Origin: an uncultured Gemmatimonadales bacterium
GTDB lineage: Bacteria > Gemmatimonadota > Gemmatimonadetes > Longimicrobiales > RSA9
Assembly (NCBI GenBank): GCA_963708135.1
Contig: OY970192.1
Location: forward strand, 1,696,001 to 1,760,000
Reading direction: 5' to 3'
DNA: 64,000 nt
The notes under the pieces are model-generated. The model did not search any database and was not told the DNA's origin. It saw only the letters and a program-made list of their open reading frames with translations. Of the stretch, positions 1-10,280 are shown in pieces; the stretch's first letter is position 1; each line of letters starts with the position of its first letter. Both the position numbers and the translations under genes were made by a program.

Positions 1-1119
1 GACCCCCGCCGTGACCCCCGGCACGTGCGTCCAGGCGAAGCCGAGGTCGTCGAAGGCCCACTCGCCGTAGATGGCCACCGGCAGCCCGCCGGTCGGCGGC
101 CTCCAGCGCGCTTCCAGCGAGGCGACCTGGTTCTCGGTCTCACCGTGCGCCCCGCCGGCCAGCCCGAGGAGGAAGCCGGGGATCTCCCCGGGCCGCAGGT
201 GCCGGTTGCCGCGCCCGTCGAACGCCGCGGCCCGCGTGGCCGCGAGCCACAGCCTCGGGTGCGGCCGCGCCCACAGCCGGAGCGCCAGGAACGCCGGGTG
301 CTCGACCGCGCCCGCCTCGTGCAGGCGGGCCCCGAGCGCCTCCAGGCGCACCGGTCCCGCCGCCGCGAGCAGGCCCGGCAGTCGGGCCGAGCCGAGCGTC
401 ACCCCGGCACCGTCGAAGGCGACGCCTCCGCCGAGCACGATCGAGCGATCCGCCTCCGCGCCGTACGCCACGTCCCGCCGGCCGGCCCAGGCCGAGAGCG
501 CCCCCGCGCGCAGGGCGAGATAGCCGCCATCCAGCCGGACCCGCCCCGCCGCGGCCTCGGGCCGCACGACCGCCGCCAGGTGGCGCCCGAGAACGGCATC
601 CACCTCGAGCCGCGCGGCCGGTTCCGTGAGTGGTCCCAGCCGCGCCGGCGCATAGGTTACCCCGTCCCGGTCGTAGCCGGAGAGGAGCGCGCCCCGCCGT
701 GCCAGGTAGCCGAGCTCGCCCAGGGCCTCGATCCGCGCACCGCCCCCCTCCCCTTCCCCCGGCCCGAGCTCCGCGGCGAGGCGCGCGGCGAAGCCGCCGG
801 CCAGGCGCGCGAGGCCGGGCGTCGCGGCGTCCACCGCCGCGGCCGCGAAGCGCCGCCGCGCCTCCGCCCGATCGAGGAAGCCCGCGCCCGGATCGAGCCC
901 TTCGCCGCCGAGGCCGAGCGCGTCCAGTCGCCCGAGCGCGGCCACGGCCCAGTGGTCCGCCGGGAGCCCCGGCGATGCGGGGGCCCGCGCCTGGGCGGCG
1001 GCGGCCGTGGCGCAGGCCAGCACCGCGAGCGCGCCGGCGCGCACGCTGCGGATGACCGGCAGGAGGGCGTGCTGGACGCCGTCGCCTCGGGGGCGGGGCG
1101 GCCGCTCCGGCCGCCGCAT
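1..1119 (-). CDS. Capsule assembly Wzi-family outer-membrane protein (3' end runs off window)
   Basis: Not in ORF track (open to window edge). ATG at 1119 overlaps the ABC gene stop (TGATG). Hand translation: signal-like LAVLACATAAAAQ, ADHWAVAALGRLDALG, SIVLGGGVAFDG, ENQVASLEARWR, YGEWAFDD; polysaccharide-locus context. Confidence 0.7.
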   Translation of the reverse strand, partial: MRRPERPPRPRGDGVQHALLPVIRSVRAGALAVLACATAAAAQARAPASPGLPADHWAVAALGRLDALGLGGEGLDPGAGFLDRAEARRRFAAAAVDAATPGLARLAGGFAARLAAELGPGEGEGGGARIEALGELGYLARRGALLSGYDRDGVTYAPARLGPLTEPAARLEVDAVLGRHLAAVVRPEAAAGRVRLDGGYLALRAGALSAWAGRRDVAYGAEADRSIVLGGGVAFDGAGVTLGSARLPGLLAAAGPVRLEALGARLHEAGAVEHPAFLALRLWARPHPRLWLAATRAAAFDGRGNRHLRPGEIPGFLLGLAGGAHGETENQVASLEARWRPPTGGLPVAIYGEWAFDDLGFAWTHVPGVTAGV

Positions 1120-2936
1120 CAGGGCGCCATCTCCGCGATCGCCGCCCGCATCGCAAGCCGCCCGGCCTCGAGCGTATGGACGGTATCGGCCACCGCGGTC
1201 ACCCGCGCGTCGTGCGTGGCGACGAGGACGGTGATGCCACGGCCGAGCGCGCCCAGCGTGGCGGCGATCCCGGCCGCCGAGACGGCATCCAGCTCGGCCG
1301 TCGGCTCGTCGAGCAGCAGCACGGCCGGGGAGCCGGCCAGGGCGCGGGCGAGCGCGAGCCGCCGCCGTTCGCCGCCGGAGAGCCGGCCGCCGCGCTCGCC
1401 CACCCACGTGTCGAGCCCCGCCGGCAGCGTCGAGAGGAGCGGGCCGGCCCCGGCGCTCAGCAGCGCCCGGCGGATGGCGGCGTCGCCGAGTCCCGCGCGC
1501 CCGAAGGCAACGTTCTCCCGGATCGTGCCGCGCAGGATCGCGCTCTCCTGCGCCAGGTAGCCGAGTCGCGCACCCCACGCCCCGCCCAGCGCGCCGAGCG
1601 GCGCGCCGTCCGCGCGCACGACGCCCGCCAGCGGCGTCCGCAGCCCCGCCACGATCTCGAGCAGCGTGGTCTTTCCCGCCCCCGTCGGTCCGACCACCGC
1701 CACGAGCGCGCCCGCGGGCACGAGCAGCCGGATCCGCTCGAGGCCCGCGCGGGCATCGTGGGTGTAGCGCACATCCTCCAGCGCGATCCCGTGCTCGAGC
1801 ATGCCGCCGGCGCGGAGCCGGTGGCGGACCGCGCCCGGCCCCCCATGCGCGGCGCGCGCCGGCATCGGGCGTACGGTCGCGTCGTCCGGCTCCGTCGCAT
1901 CCCGCACGACCCTCACCCCCCCGCCCTCGTGGGCGGCCGTCAGCGCCTCGATCTCGCGCTCGACGGCCGCGTAGGCGCTCGAGGCCGCCGCCATGGCCTG
2001 GTACTCCGACTGGACCGCCCGCAGCCGGCCCGCCATCCGCTGGAAGAGGATCGCCACGAGCAGCAGCGTCGGCAGCGGCACGCGCGCCCACGCCAGCGCG
2101 AGGTAGAGCGCGCCGAGCCCGAGAATGGCCAGGATCGGCTCATCGAAGGAGCGGAGCGCCTCCGTCGCCCGGATGTGCGCCTCCTCGGCCTTGCGCAGCT
2201 CGGCCGCGTCCGCGTCGAGCCCCTGCCGGAAGGCCCGCTCCCGCCGCATGGCGCGGATCGGCGCGAGGGCGTGGGCGACATCCACGAGTCGCGCGGCCAG
2301 CGTCCGTGAGGCAGCGGTCTGCGCCACGCCGGCACGCCGGCCCGCGCGTACCCATGCCCCCAGTACCACGCTGCCGACCACGCCCACGCCGAGCGCCGCC
2401 AGCCCGGCCGGCCACGAGACGGCGAGCACCGCCGCCGCGTACACCGCGAGCTGCACCGCGGCGGCCAGCACGCCGCAGGCGTCCCGGTACGCGAAGCCCG
2501 CCCAGAAGGCATCGCGCGTCACGCTCCCGGCAAGGGCGCCCGGCGCGCATCCCGCCGCGGCCGGCCAGCGCGCGCGAAAGAGCGCCCGGACCAGCCGGCG
2601 CCGCAGCGATTCGGCCACCTCGGCCACGGCCGCGGCCACCTGCGCCATGGCCACCCAGCGGAACAGCGCCTTGGCCAGGAGGGCCGCCGCGATGACCGCC
2701 AGCAGGACGGGCATTGTCGGCGCCAGGCCGAGAGCCCGGAGCAGCGCCGAGATCGCACCCGCCGCGCGCGACGGCGGGCCCGCGGCCGGCAGCGCGGACT
2801 CGAGGAGCGGCAGCAGCGTGAGCAGCCCGAAGCCCTCCGCCGCCCCGGCGAGCGCCATCAGCACGACCAGCGCGGCCGTCCTGCGCGGGCGGGTTCGGAG
2901 CGCGGTCCACAGCGGGCGATCGGCGGATGCGGGCAT
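1119..2936 (-). CDS. ABC transporter, fused permease/ATP-binding (MsbA-like exporter)
   Basis: N-terminal TM helices, Walker A GPTGAGKT, signature LSGGE, Walker B LLLDE; ATG at 2936 preferred over the ORF-track start 3071. Confidence 0.9.
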   Translation of the reverse strand: MPASADRPLWTALRTRPRRTAALVVLMALAGAAEGFGLLTLLPLLESALPAAGPPSRAAGAISALLRALGLAPTMPVLLAVIAAALLAKALFRWVAMAQVAAAVAEVAESLRRRLVRALFRARWPAAAGCAPGALAGSVTRDAFWAGFAYRDACGVLAAAVQLAVYAAAVLAVSWPAGLAALGVGVVGSVVLGAWVRAGRRAGVAQTAASRTLAARLVDVAHALAPIRAMRRERAFRQGLDADAAELRKAEEAHIRATEALRSFDEPILAILGLGALYLALAWARVPLPTLLLVAILFQRMAGRLRAVQSEYQAMAAASSAYAAVEREIEALTAAHEGGGVRVVRDATEPDDATVRPMPARAAHGGPGAVRHRLRAGGMLEHGIALEDVRYTHDARAGLERIRLLVPAGALVAVVGPTGAGKTTLLEIVAGLRTPLAGVVRADGAPLGALGGAWGARLGYLAQESAILRGTIRENVAFGRAGLGDAAIRRALLSAGAGPLLSTLPAGLDTWVGERGGRLSGGERRRLALARALAGSPAVLLLDEPTAELDAVSAAGIAATLGALGRGITVLVATHDARVTAVADTVHTLEAGRLAMRAAIAEMAP

Positions 2937-3073
2937 GAGGCGCGGGGTCAAGGAAGCGGGCACAGGCGTGAATCCGGCTCCGCCAACGCGACGACCGGCG
3001 TCGATCGTTCCCGGGAACGAATTCGCGGCGACTCCGGCTTGGCGGGGCGACCCGTTCACCGCGAGGCCCACCC

Positions 3074-3688
3074 ATGAACCGATTCCGAACCGCCGCGATC
3101 GTGCCCATCCTCCTCGCCCTCTGCGCCGCGAGCGCGGCGGCGCAGACGGAGAGCGTCCGGCTTCAGCCCGGCGATGCCGTACGCCTCGCCGTGCGCGACG
3201 AGCCAGGGCTCACCGGCGAGTTCCCCGTCGTCGCCTCGGGCAATGTGCTGCTCCCCGAGATCGGCTTCGTGCGGGCGGCCGACCGCCCCTTCGCCGACGT
3301 CGCGCGCGACGTTCGCCAGGCCTACGCGCGTTATGTCGTGAACCCGGAGGTCGTGCTCATCCCGCTCGTCCGCGTCGCCGTGCTCGGCGAGGTGCGCCGG
3401 CCGGGGCTCTTTCCCGTCGATCCGACCCAGACGATCGGCGACGTGCTCGCGTCCGCCGGCGGCGTCACGCCCATGGGCAACGCCAACCGGATCACCCTCG
3501 TCCGCGGCGCCGAGCGCACTCGCCTGCACCTCTCGCCCGACGAGCCCGCGCTTGCCGCGCACCTGCGCTCGGGCGATGAGATCGTGGTGGGCGCCCACGG
3601 CTGGCTGCAGCAGAACCTCCCCGTCCTCGTGGGCGCCGGCGCGTCCGTCCTCGCCGCCGCCGTCACCAGCATCATCGTCCGCCACTGA
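3074..3688 (+). CDS. Polysaccharide export protein (Wza-like, Poly_export + SLBB)
   Basis: Signal peptide, LQPGDAVRL, V.VLGEVRRPG, LASAGG motifs. Confidence 0.85.
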   Translation: MNRFRTAAIVPILLALCAASAAAQTESVRLQPGDAVRLAVRDEPGLTGEFPVVASGNVLLPEIGFVRAADRPFADVARDVRQAYARYVVNPEVVLIPLVRVAVLGEVRRPGLFPVDPTQTIGDVLASAGGVTPMGNANRITLVRGAERTRLHLSPDEPALAAHLRSGDEIVVGAHGWLQQNLPVLVGAGASVLAAAVTSIIVRH

Positions 3689-5898
3689 TGGAGCGCCCCA
3701 TGAACGATGAATCCGGCCCCGACGCCGTCCTCGAGCGCTGGTCGCGCGTCGTGCGCCGTCGCTGGCGGGGCGCCGCCGCAATCGGCGCGGGGGTCGTGCT
3801 GCTCGGCGCGGCGCTGCTCTTCCTGACCCGCCCCGTCTGGCGCGCCGAGGCGGCGCTCCGGCTGGGTGCGCCCCCGCCCGTCGGCGGCGTCTCGCTGGGG
3901 TCGAACGGCTCGCCCTCCGGGCTGCTCACCCTGTTCCAGCAGATGACCGGCGACCCCTTCGCCAACGAGCTCGAGCTGCTCGACAGCCGGACCGTCACCG
4001 AGGGCGTGGTCCGCGACGCGGCCCTGAACGTGACGCTCCGCACCCCCCGCGGCTGGTATCGCGATTCCCTCTTCACCCGGCTGTCGGCGGGAGATGACAC
4101 CCGCAAGGCGACGTTCCGCGCCGAGTGGCTCGGCGGCGGCCGCGTCGCCGTGCGGCGCACGTCCCCGTCGGATTCGATGATCGGGACGTTCGCGCCCGCG
4201 ACGCCGGCCGCGTTCGGCGGCATTGTCGCGGTGTTCCGTCCGTATCGCGCCGGACAGCCACGGACCGTGGACCTGCACACCCTCCCCTTCGGCGACGCGG
4301 TCAGGCGCACGGCCAGGCGGCTGCAGGCGGAGCGAACGCGCCGCGAGGCCAACCTGGTCCGCGTCCACTACGACGATCCGGATCCGGGCCTCGCCCTCGC
4401 CGTCGTCCGCTCCGCCGCGGACCGCTACATCGCGCTCCGCTCGGCGCTCCAGCGGCGCGAGAGCGGCCAGACGCGGGACTCGCTCGAGACCGTCGTCGGC
4501 GACACCCGCCGCGAGCTGCGCCGCGAGGAGGATGCCCTCGAGCGGTTCCAGCACGGCGCCCGCGTGATCGCACCGCAGGCGCAGGCGGAGGCGGTGATCA
4601 AGCGGCAGGCGGAGGTCGCCACCGAGCTGCAGAAGGCGCGCGGCGAGCTGGCGGGCACGGACGAGGTGCTCCGTCGCCTGGCGGCCGAGCCGGATCCTGC
4701 CACCGCCTGGGCCGGCCTCGTCGCCCACCCGACGTTCCTCGAGAATCGGACGCTGGGCGACCTGCTCGGCACGCTCGTGCACGCCCAGCAGCAGCGCATC
4801 GACCTCGCCTCGCACCGCACGGCCGAGGACCCGCAGGCCCGTGCGCTCGACCGGCAGATCCGCTACGTGGACGCATCGCTCCGCTCCATGGTGCGCCAGT
4901 ACCGGGACGGCGTGGCGCGCGAGGTGGATCGGCTGCAGGCCCAGTGGGCGGCGCTCGACTCGGTCATCGCCGCGGCGCCGGCCGCGGAGGTCCGCCTCGG
5001 CCGTTACCAGCGCGATGTCCGCCTCCTCTCCGAGGTCTACCTCTTCGCGGACCAGCGGCTCCGACAGGAGGCCCTGCGCGACGCCGTTTCCTTCGCGAGC
5101 GTCCAGCTCGTCGACCCTCCGGAGCTGCTCTTCAAGCCCGTATGGCCGCGCAAGGGCATCGGCCTGGCCGTCACGCTCCTGCTCGCCCTCGTCTTCGGCA
5201 CCCTCGCCGTGGCCGCCGCCGAGCGCGCCGACCGGCGCATCCGCGGCGCGGCCGAGCTCCGCCGCCTGGCGCGCGTGCCAGTGCTCTCCGCCCTCGCCAC
5301 GGACGCCGACGGCCGTCCCGTGCTGCCGGCCCCGGACCGGCAGGCCCTCCTGGCCGCGCGGCCCCGCCTCGAGGTGCCCGGCCCTCTCGTCCTCGCGCCG
5401 GTCGATGACCCGTCGGCCGCCGAGGCGCTCGCCGCCGCGCTCCGCGATCCAGCTCCCGAGGGCGCGGGGGCGACCCGGCCCGGGGTGGCCGCGCTCGCGC
5501 ACGCCGGCGCCGCCGGAGCGAACGCGGCCGGCGACGACCGCGCCCACGGCCAGCCCGGCGCGGGCCGCGGCCGGGGCGGAAACGGCGGCGGCGGGAACGG
5601 TGCCGCCGGAAACGGTGCCGGGGGGAACCGCGCCGGGAATGGCGACGGCCGTCGCCACGGCGGAGCGCCCGGCGGCTACACGGGCATAGTCGCCACGCGG
5701 CCACTGGACGGCTACGGGCCCGCGGCTGAGGCGGCGGCCGAATGCGGGCGCGTCATCCTCGTCGTGCGGGAGGGTGTCACCCGCCGCGACGACCTGGCGC
5801 GCGCCGCGGCCTTCCTGGGCGAGGCTTGCGCGGATGTGGCGGGCATCGTGGTGCTCGCGGCGAGCGCCCGCGAGGCGGAGGCCGTATGGCGGTCGTGA
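3688..5898 (+). CDS. Polysaccharide co-polymerase (Wzc/GumC-like) with degenerate kinase region
   Basis: Two TM segments flanking a coiled-coil periplasmic part, PVWPRK before TM2, C-terminal ILVVREGVT...GIVV; no Walker A seen. Confidence 0.8.
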   Translation: MERPMNDESGPDAVLERWSRVVRRRWRGAAAIGAGVVLLGAALLFLTRPVWRAEAALRLGAPPPVGGVSLGSNGSPSGLLTLFQQMTGDPFANELELLDSRTVTEGVVRDAALNVTLRTPRGWYRDSLFTRLSAGDDTRKATFRAEWLGGGRVAVRRTSPSDSMIGTFAPATPAAFGGIVAVFRPYRAGQPRTVDLHTLPFGDAVRRTARRLQAERTRREANLVRVHYDDPDPGLALAVVRSAADRYIALRSALQRRESGQTRDSLETVVGDTRRELRREEDALERFQHGARVIAPQAQAEAVIKRQAEVATELQKARGELAGTDEVLRRLAAEPDPATAWAGLVAHPTFLENRTLGDLLGTLVHAQQQRIDLASHRTAEDPQARALDRQIRYVDASLRSMVRQYRDGVAREVDRLQAQWAALDSVIAAAPAAEVRLGRYQRDVRLLSEVYLFADQRLRQEALRDAVSFASVQLVDPPELLFKPVWPRKGIGLAVTLLLALVFGTLAVAAAERADRRIRGAAELRRLARVPVLSALATDADGRPVLPAPDRQALLAARPRLEVPGPLVLAPVDDPSAAEALAAALRDPAPEGAGATRPGVAALAHAGAAGANAAGDDRAHGQPGAGRGRGGNGGGGNGAAGNGAGGNRAGNGDGRRHGGAPGGYTGIVATRPLDGYGPAAEAAAECGRVILVVREGVTRRDDLARAAAFLGEACADVAGIVVLAASAREAEAVWRS

Positions 5899-6542
5899 CC
5901 CGCCGCGCGACGCCGCGCCCGCTCCCGGTGGAGCGCGCCGAGGGGCAGCTCCGGCGCATGGCGGATCTGGCCGGTGCCTCGCTGCTCCTGGTCGCGGCCC
6001 TGCCGCTTATCGTCCTCGGCGCGGCGCTCGTCCTCGCCGGCTCCGGCCGGCCGGTCTTCTTCGGCCACGTGCGCGTCGGCCGGGACGGCCGCCCCTTCCG
6101 CTGCTGGAAGCTGCGCACCATGCGGCCGGGCGCGGAGCTCCAGCTCGAGCGCGATCCGCGGCTCGCCGAGCGGCACGCCGCCAACGGCTTCAAGCTGCCG
6201 CTCCGGGAGGACCCGCGTATCACCGGCGTCGGGCGCTGGCTGCGGCGCACGCATCTGGACGAGCTGCCGCAGCTGGCCAACGTGCTCGGCGGGTCCATGT
6301 CCCTCGTCGGGCCGAGGCCGGTGGTGCTCCCCGAGCTGGGGGAGTATGGCGCCGCCGCGGATGAGCTGCTGAGCGTGCGGCCCGGCATCTTCGGCGCCTG
6401 GACGAGCCGCGGCGCGGCGCGGCCTCCCTACCCGGAGCGGGCGCGCATCGAGCTCGCCTACGTCCGCACCCGCTCGCTCGCGCAGGACCTCCGCATCCTC
6501 GCCCGCTCCATCCCGGTGGTGCTGCGCGGCCAGGGGGCGTGA
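5886..6542 (+). CDS. Priming sugar transferase (Bac_transf family)
   Basis: KLRTM, DPRITGVGRWLRRTHLDELPQLANVLGGSMSLVGPRP. Confidence 0.92.
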   Translation: MAVVTRRATPRPLPVERAEGQLRRMADLAGASLLLVAALPLIVLGAALVLAGSGRPVFFGHVRVGRDGRPFRCWKLRTMRPGAELQLERDPRLAERHAANGFKLPLREDPRITGVGRWLRRTHLDELPQLANVLGGSMSLVGPRPVVLPELGEYGAAADELLSVRPGIFGAWTSRGAARPPYPERARIELAYVRTRSLAQDLRILARSIPVVLRGQGA

Positions 6543-7771
6543 GAGCCGTGGACGCCGCGATCCGCGAGAGCACCGCGCCGGCTGACCGACGGCTGCTGGT
6601 CCTCAACACGGCGGCCCTCGTCCTGGCCTACGCCATCCCCCGCGCGCTCACGTTCGTGGCCGCGGTCGTAGCGGCCAGGGTGCTGGGCGCCGCCGTCTTC
6701 GGCGGCTTCACGACGGCCGCCGCGCTCGCCGTGCTGGCCAGCATCTTCGGCAGCCTGGGGCTCCAGCCGCTCCTCGTCCGCGAGATCGCGCGCGGCCCGG
6801 CCGATGCGCCGGCTCTCCTCGCGGCCGCCGACTCGGTCCGCGCGGCCGCCGTCGTGCTCATGGCGGCCGCGCTCCTCCTCGGCGTGCTCCTCCTGCACCT
6901 GCCCGCCCCGGTGGCCCTCGGCGCCGGCCTCCTCGGCGCGGGCTACGCCGTCGGCGGTTTCGTCGAGAACCGCGGCGCCTACTTCCAGGGCATCGAGCGC
7001 ATGCACGTCTGGACGCGGGCCAGCGCCCTCGTCGGCCTGGTCAGCGGCGTGCTGGGTACCCTCCTCGCCCTGGCCACCGGCAGCCTCGTGGCCTTCTGCG
7101 CCGCGCCCCTCGCCGGCCAGGGCGCGGCGCTCCTCTGGCTGCGCGGCCGTGCGCCGCGCGCCGGGAGCTCTCGCGCCCGCAGGCGCGCGCTCGTCCGCTC
7201 GCTCGCACCCTTCGCCGCGGCCTTCGTGGCCACCACCCTGTACTACCGGTCCGACGTGCTCCTGCTGGCGCGCTGGTGGCCCGCCCGCGAGGTGGGCCTC
7301 TACGGCGCCGCCCACCGGTTCCTCGACGTGGCGCAGGCGCTCGCGCTCGCGGCCGCCGGCGCGCTGCTCCCCCGCATGGCCCGCAGCCCGGGTGCGGGCG
7401 CCGCGATTGCCCGCCGCGCCCTGCTCCTCGGCTCGGCCGCCGCCGCCGCCGCGCTCCTGGCGCTGCGCGTGCCGGTGGTGCGCCTCCTGTACGGCTCCGA
7501 CTATGCCGCCGCGGCGCCGGTCCTGGCCCTGCTCGCGCCCGCCATCGTCCCGCTCTCGATCAACATGCTTGCGCTCGCCGCGCTCGCGGCCGCCGACCGC
7601 ATGGGCGCCGCGGCCCGCTCCTTCCTCATCGCCACGGTCCTGCTCCTCGCGCTCGACCTGTGGCTCGTCCCGCGCCACGGCGCCACGGGCGCCGCCGCGG
7701 CCGAGCTCGTGGCGGAGTCCGCGCTGGCTCTGCTGCTCGCCCGCGACGTCGCGCGCGCCGCCCGGCCATGA
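6539..7771 (+). CDS. Oligosaccharide flippase (Wzx-like)
   Basis: Multi-TM; ARVLG..FG, LYYRSDVLLL, VGLYGAA, PRHGATGAA. Confidence 0.85.
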   Translation: MRAVDAAIRESTAPADRRLLVLNTAALVLAYAIPRALTFVAAVVAARVLGAAVFGGFTTAAALAVLASIFGSLGLQPLLVREIARGPADAPALLAAADSVRAAAVVLMAAALLLGVLLLHLPAPVALGAGLLGAGYAVGGFVENRGAYFQGIERMHVWTRASALVGLVSGVLGTLLALATGSLVAFCAAPLAGQGAALLWLRGRAPRAGSSRARRRALVRSLAPFAAAFVATTLYYRSDVLLLARWWPAREVGLYGAAHRFLDVAQALALAAAGALLPRMARSPGAGAAIARRALLLGSAAAAAALLALRVPVVRLLYGSDYAAAAPVLALLAPAIVPLSINMLALAALAAADRMGAAARSFLIATVLLLALDLWLVPRHGATGAAAAELVAESALALLLARDVARAARP

Positions 7772-8880
7772 GAGTCGCGTACCTCTCCAAGGCGCTCGTG
7801 ACGGCCGCCTACCGCGCCAAGCTCACCGCGCTGGCGTGCCACGTGGACGTCGCCGCCCTGGTCCCCGACCGCTGGGGAAGCGCGCCGGTCGAGCCGGTCC
7901 GGGCCGGCGAGCATCCCGTGCAGTTCCTGCCGGCATGGCTCCACGGTCACAACCACCTGCACGTGTACCACGGGCTGCGCCGCGCGCTCGACCGCCTGCG
8001 CCCCGACCTGCTGCACATCGACGAGGAGCCCTACAGCGCCGTCACGCTCCAGGCCGCCACGCTCGCCCGCCGGCGCGCCATCCCCTGCCTCTTCTTCTCC
8101 TGGCAGAACCTCGACAAGCGCCTGCCGCCGCCGTTCGGCCTGCTGCGCCGCCATGTGTTCGTCCGCGTCAACGGCGGCATCGCCGGCACGGCCGCCGCCG
8201 CGCGCGTGCTGCGCGCCCGCGGCTTTTCCGGCCCGCTCGCCGTCATCCCGCAGTTCGGCGTCGATCCCGACCGCTTCCGCCCCGATGCCCTGGCTCGCGC
8301 GCGCAGCAGGGCGGCGCTCGGGATCCCCCAGTCCGCCTTCGTGGTGGGCTTCGGCGGCCGCCTCGTGCGCGAGAAGGGCGTCGACCTCCTCGTGCGCGCC
8401 GTCGCCGCGACGCCGGGCGCGTGGCTGCTCCTCGCGGGCGCCGGACCGGAGCGGCCGGCGCTCGAGCGGCTGGCCGCGCAGCTCGGCGTGCGTCTCGTCG
8501 CGACCGGGCAGCTCCCGTCCACCCGCATGCCCCCCTTCCTCGCCGGCCTCGACGTCCTCGCGCTGCCGTCCCGCGCCACCGCCAGCTGGGCCGAGCAGTT
8601 CGGCCGCATCCTCGTCGAGGCCATGGCCTGCGGCATCCCCGTCGTCGCGTCCCGCTCCGGCGAGATCCCCGAGGTCGTCGGCGAGGCCGGGCTCCTCATC
8701 CCGGAAGGCGACGCCGCCGCCCTTGCCGCGGTTCTTGCCCGCCTCGCGGACGAGCCCGCGGCACGCGAGGCGCTCGGCCGCGCCGGCCGGGCCCGCGTGC
8801 TCGACCGGTTCACCCATCGGCGCGTCGTCGCCGACTCCGTCGAGTTCTACGAGCGGCTGCTCGACCGGAGGCGCCCGTGA
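7768..8880 (+). CDS. Glycosyltransferase family 4
   Basis: ATGA overlap; GRLVREKG, EQFGRILVEAMACG (EX7E). Confidence 0.9.
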   Translation: MRVAYLSKALVTAAYRAKLTALACHVDVAALVPDRWGSAPVEPVRAGEHPVQFLPAWLHGHNHLHVYHGLRRALDRLRPDLLHIDEEPYSAVTLQAATLARRRAIPCLFFSWQNLDKRLPPPFGLLRRHVFVRVNGGIAGTAAAARVLRARGFSGPLAVIPQFGVDPDRFRPDALARARSRAALGIPQSAFVVGFGGRLVREKGVDLLVRAVAATPGAWLLLAGAGPERPALERLAAQLGVRLVATGQLPSTRMPPFLAGLDVLALPSRATASWAEQFGRILVEAMACGIPVVASRSGEIPEVVGEAGLLIPEGDAAALAAVLARLADEPAAREALGRAGRARVLDRFTHRRVVADSVEFYERLLDRRRP

Positions 8881-10280
8881 CCGGCCTGGCCGCCCTCCTG
8901 CCACCGCGCCGGCCCGCGCCCCTCGCCGCCGCGGCGCCGGCGCGCCGCGATCCCGACGCCGACCTGGCCCTCGCGGCATCCGCCGCGCTCGCCGCCGGCA
9001 CCGTGCTCGGCCTCGCCGGTGCCGCGGCCGGCGCGCTCCCGCTCGCCCTGGCCGGCGGCCTCCTCGCAGCCGCCGCGCTCACCGTGCTGCTCGCGGCCGG
9101 AACGCTCCCGATCACCGCCACGCTCGCGCTGGCCGCGCCGCTGCCGGCGCTCTACGCCTCCGGCACCGTCCGCGTGGCCGCCGTTGCCCCGGTGGCGGCA
9201 ATCGCGCTGGTGGCCTGGTGCATCCGGCGCGGCGCCGACCGCGCCCCCCTGCGAGCGGGCCAGCTCCCGCTGCGGCCGCTTCTCGCCCTCGCGCTCTCCT
9301 TCCTGCTCGCGACCGCCTTCGCGGACCACGTCCTCCTCGGCGTCCGCGAGTCCCTCGACTTCCTCGTGCTCCTCGCGCTGCTCCTGGCCGCGACGGACGA
9401 GCTGGCCCGGCGCCCGGGCGCTCGTCACGTCCTCGTCGATACCCTCGTCGGAGCCGCCGGCGTGTGCGGTGCGCTCGCCGTGCTCGAGGCGGTCGGCGTG
9501 CTGCCGAACGCCTTCCCGCGCTGGGGCACGCCGTACCACCGCGCGGCGCTCGGCTTCGGCCAGCCGAACAACCTCGGCCTGTTCCTGGCTCTCGTCCTGC
9601 CGCTCGCGGCGCACCGCCTCGCCCGGAGCCGCGGCCCCGGCCGCGCCCTCGCCGGCGCCGCGCTCGCCGCCACGGCGGTCGGCCTCGTGGCCACCTTCTC
9701 CCGCACGAGCTGGCTCTCCGTGCTCGCGGCCGCCGCGGCGCTCGTGCTGATCGGCGAGTGGCGCCTCTTCCTGCGCGTCGGCCTGGCCGTCCTGGCGGCC
9801 GCGGTCGTCGTCGAGCTCGGCTCGGGCGGGATGCTGAGCGACACCTTCGCCCGCACGATCGGCGACTGGGTGGTCGAGCAGCGTGCCGCCCTCTTCCTGG
9901 CCGCGGCGCACATGTTCGCCGCCCATCCCCTCGTCGGCCTCGGCCCTGGCGGTTTCGCGGACCAGGTCGAGCGCTACGCGGCCGGGCTCATCGACCTCTG
10001 GGACCTTCAGGCCACGCCGCACGACGCCTACATCCAGATGGCCGCGGAGACCGGCGTGATCGGGCTGCTCGCCTTCCTCGGCTTCCTGTTCGGCGTGCTG
10101 CGCGTCGCCGCCCGCCGCACCCGCGCCGCGGCGCCGTCCGAGCGCGGGCTCCGGCTGGCGCTCTTCGCCTCGACCGTGGTGCTCGCCGTCCAGTGCATCG
10201 GCATCTGGCCCTTCAGCCACGGGACCGGGGAGGCCGCGGCGCTGATCCTGGCGCTCGTGTGCGCGGACGGGACGCCATGA
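8877..10280 (+). CDS. O-antigen ligase/polymerase (Wzy_C) family membrane protein
   Basis: GTGA overlap; RAALGFGQPNNLG, TFSRTSW, HPLVGLGPGGF, PHDAYIQMAAETGVIG. Confidence 0.85.
   Translation: MTGLAALLPPRRPAPLAAAAPARRDPDADLALAASAALAAGTVLGLAGAAAGALPLALAGGLLAAAALTVLLAAGTLPITATLALAAPLPALYASGTVRVAAVAPVAAIALVAWCIRRGADRAPLRAGQLPLRPLLALALSFLLATAFADHVLLGVRESLDFLVLLALLLAATDELARRPGARHVLVDTLVGAAGVCGALAVLEAVGVLPNAFPRWGTPYHRAALGFGQPNNLGLFLALVLPLAAHRLARSRGPGRALAGAALAATAVGLVATFSRTSWLSVLAAAAALVLIGEWRLFLRVGLAVLAAAVVVELGSGGMLSDTFARTIGDWVVEQRAALFLAAAHMFAAHPLVGLGPGGFADQVERYAAGLIDLWDLQATPHDAYIQMAAETGVIGLLAFLGFLFGVLRVAARRTRAAAPSERGLRLALFASTVVLAVQCIGIWPFSHGTGEAAALILALVCADGTP

Noticed and set aside
3012..3027. Sigma-54 promoter before wza (GGGAACGAATTCGC)
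   Set aside because: Poor fit to TGGCAC-N5-TTGC and no UAS seen.
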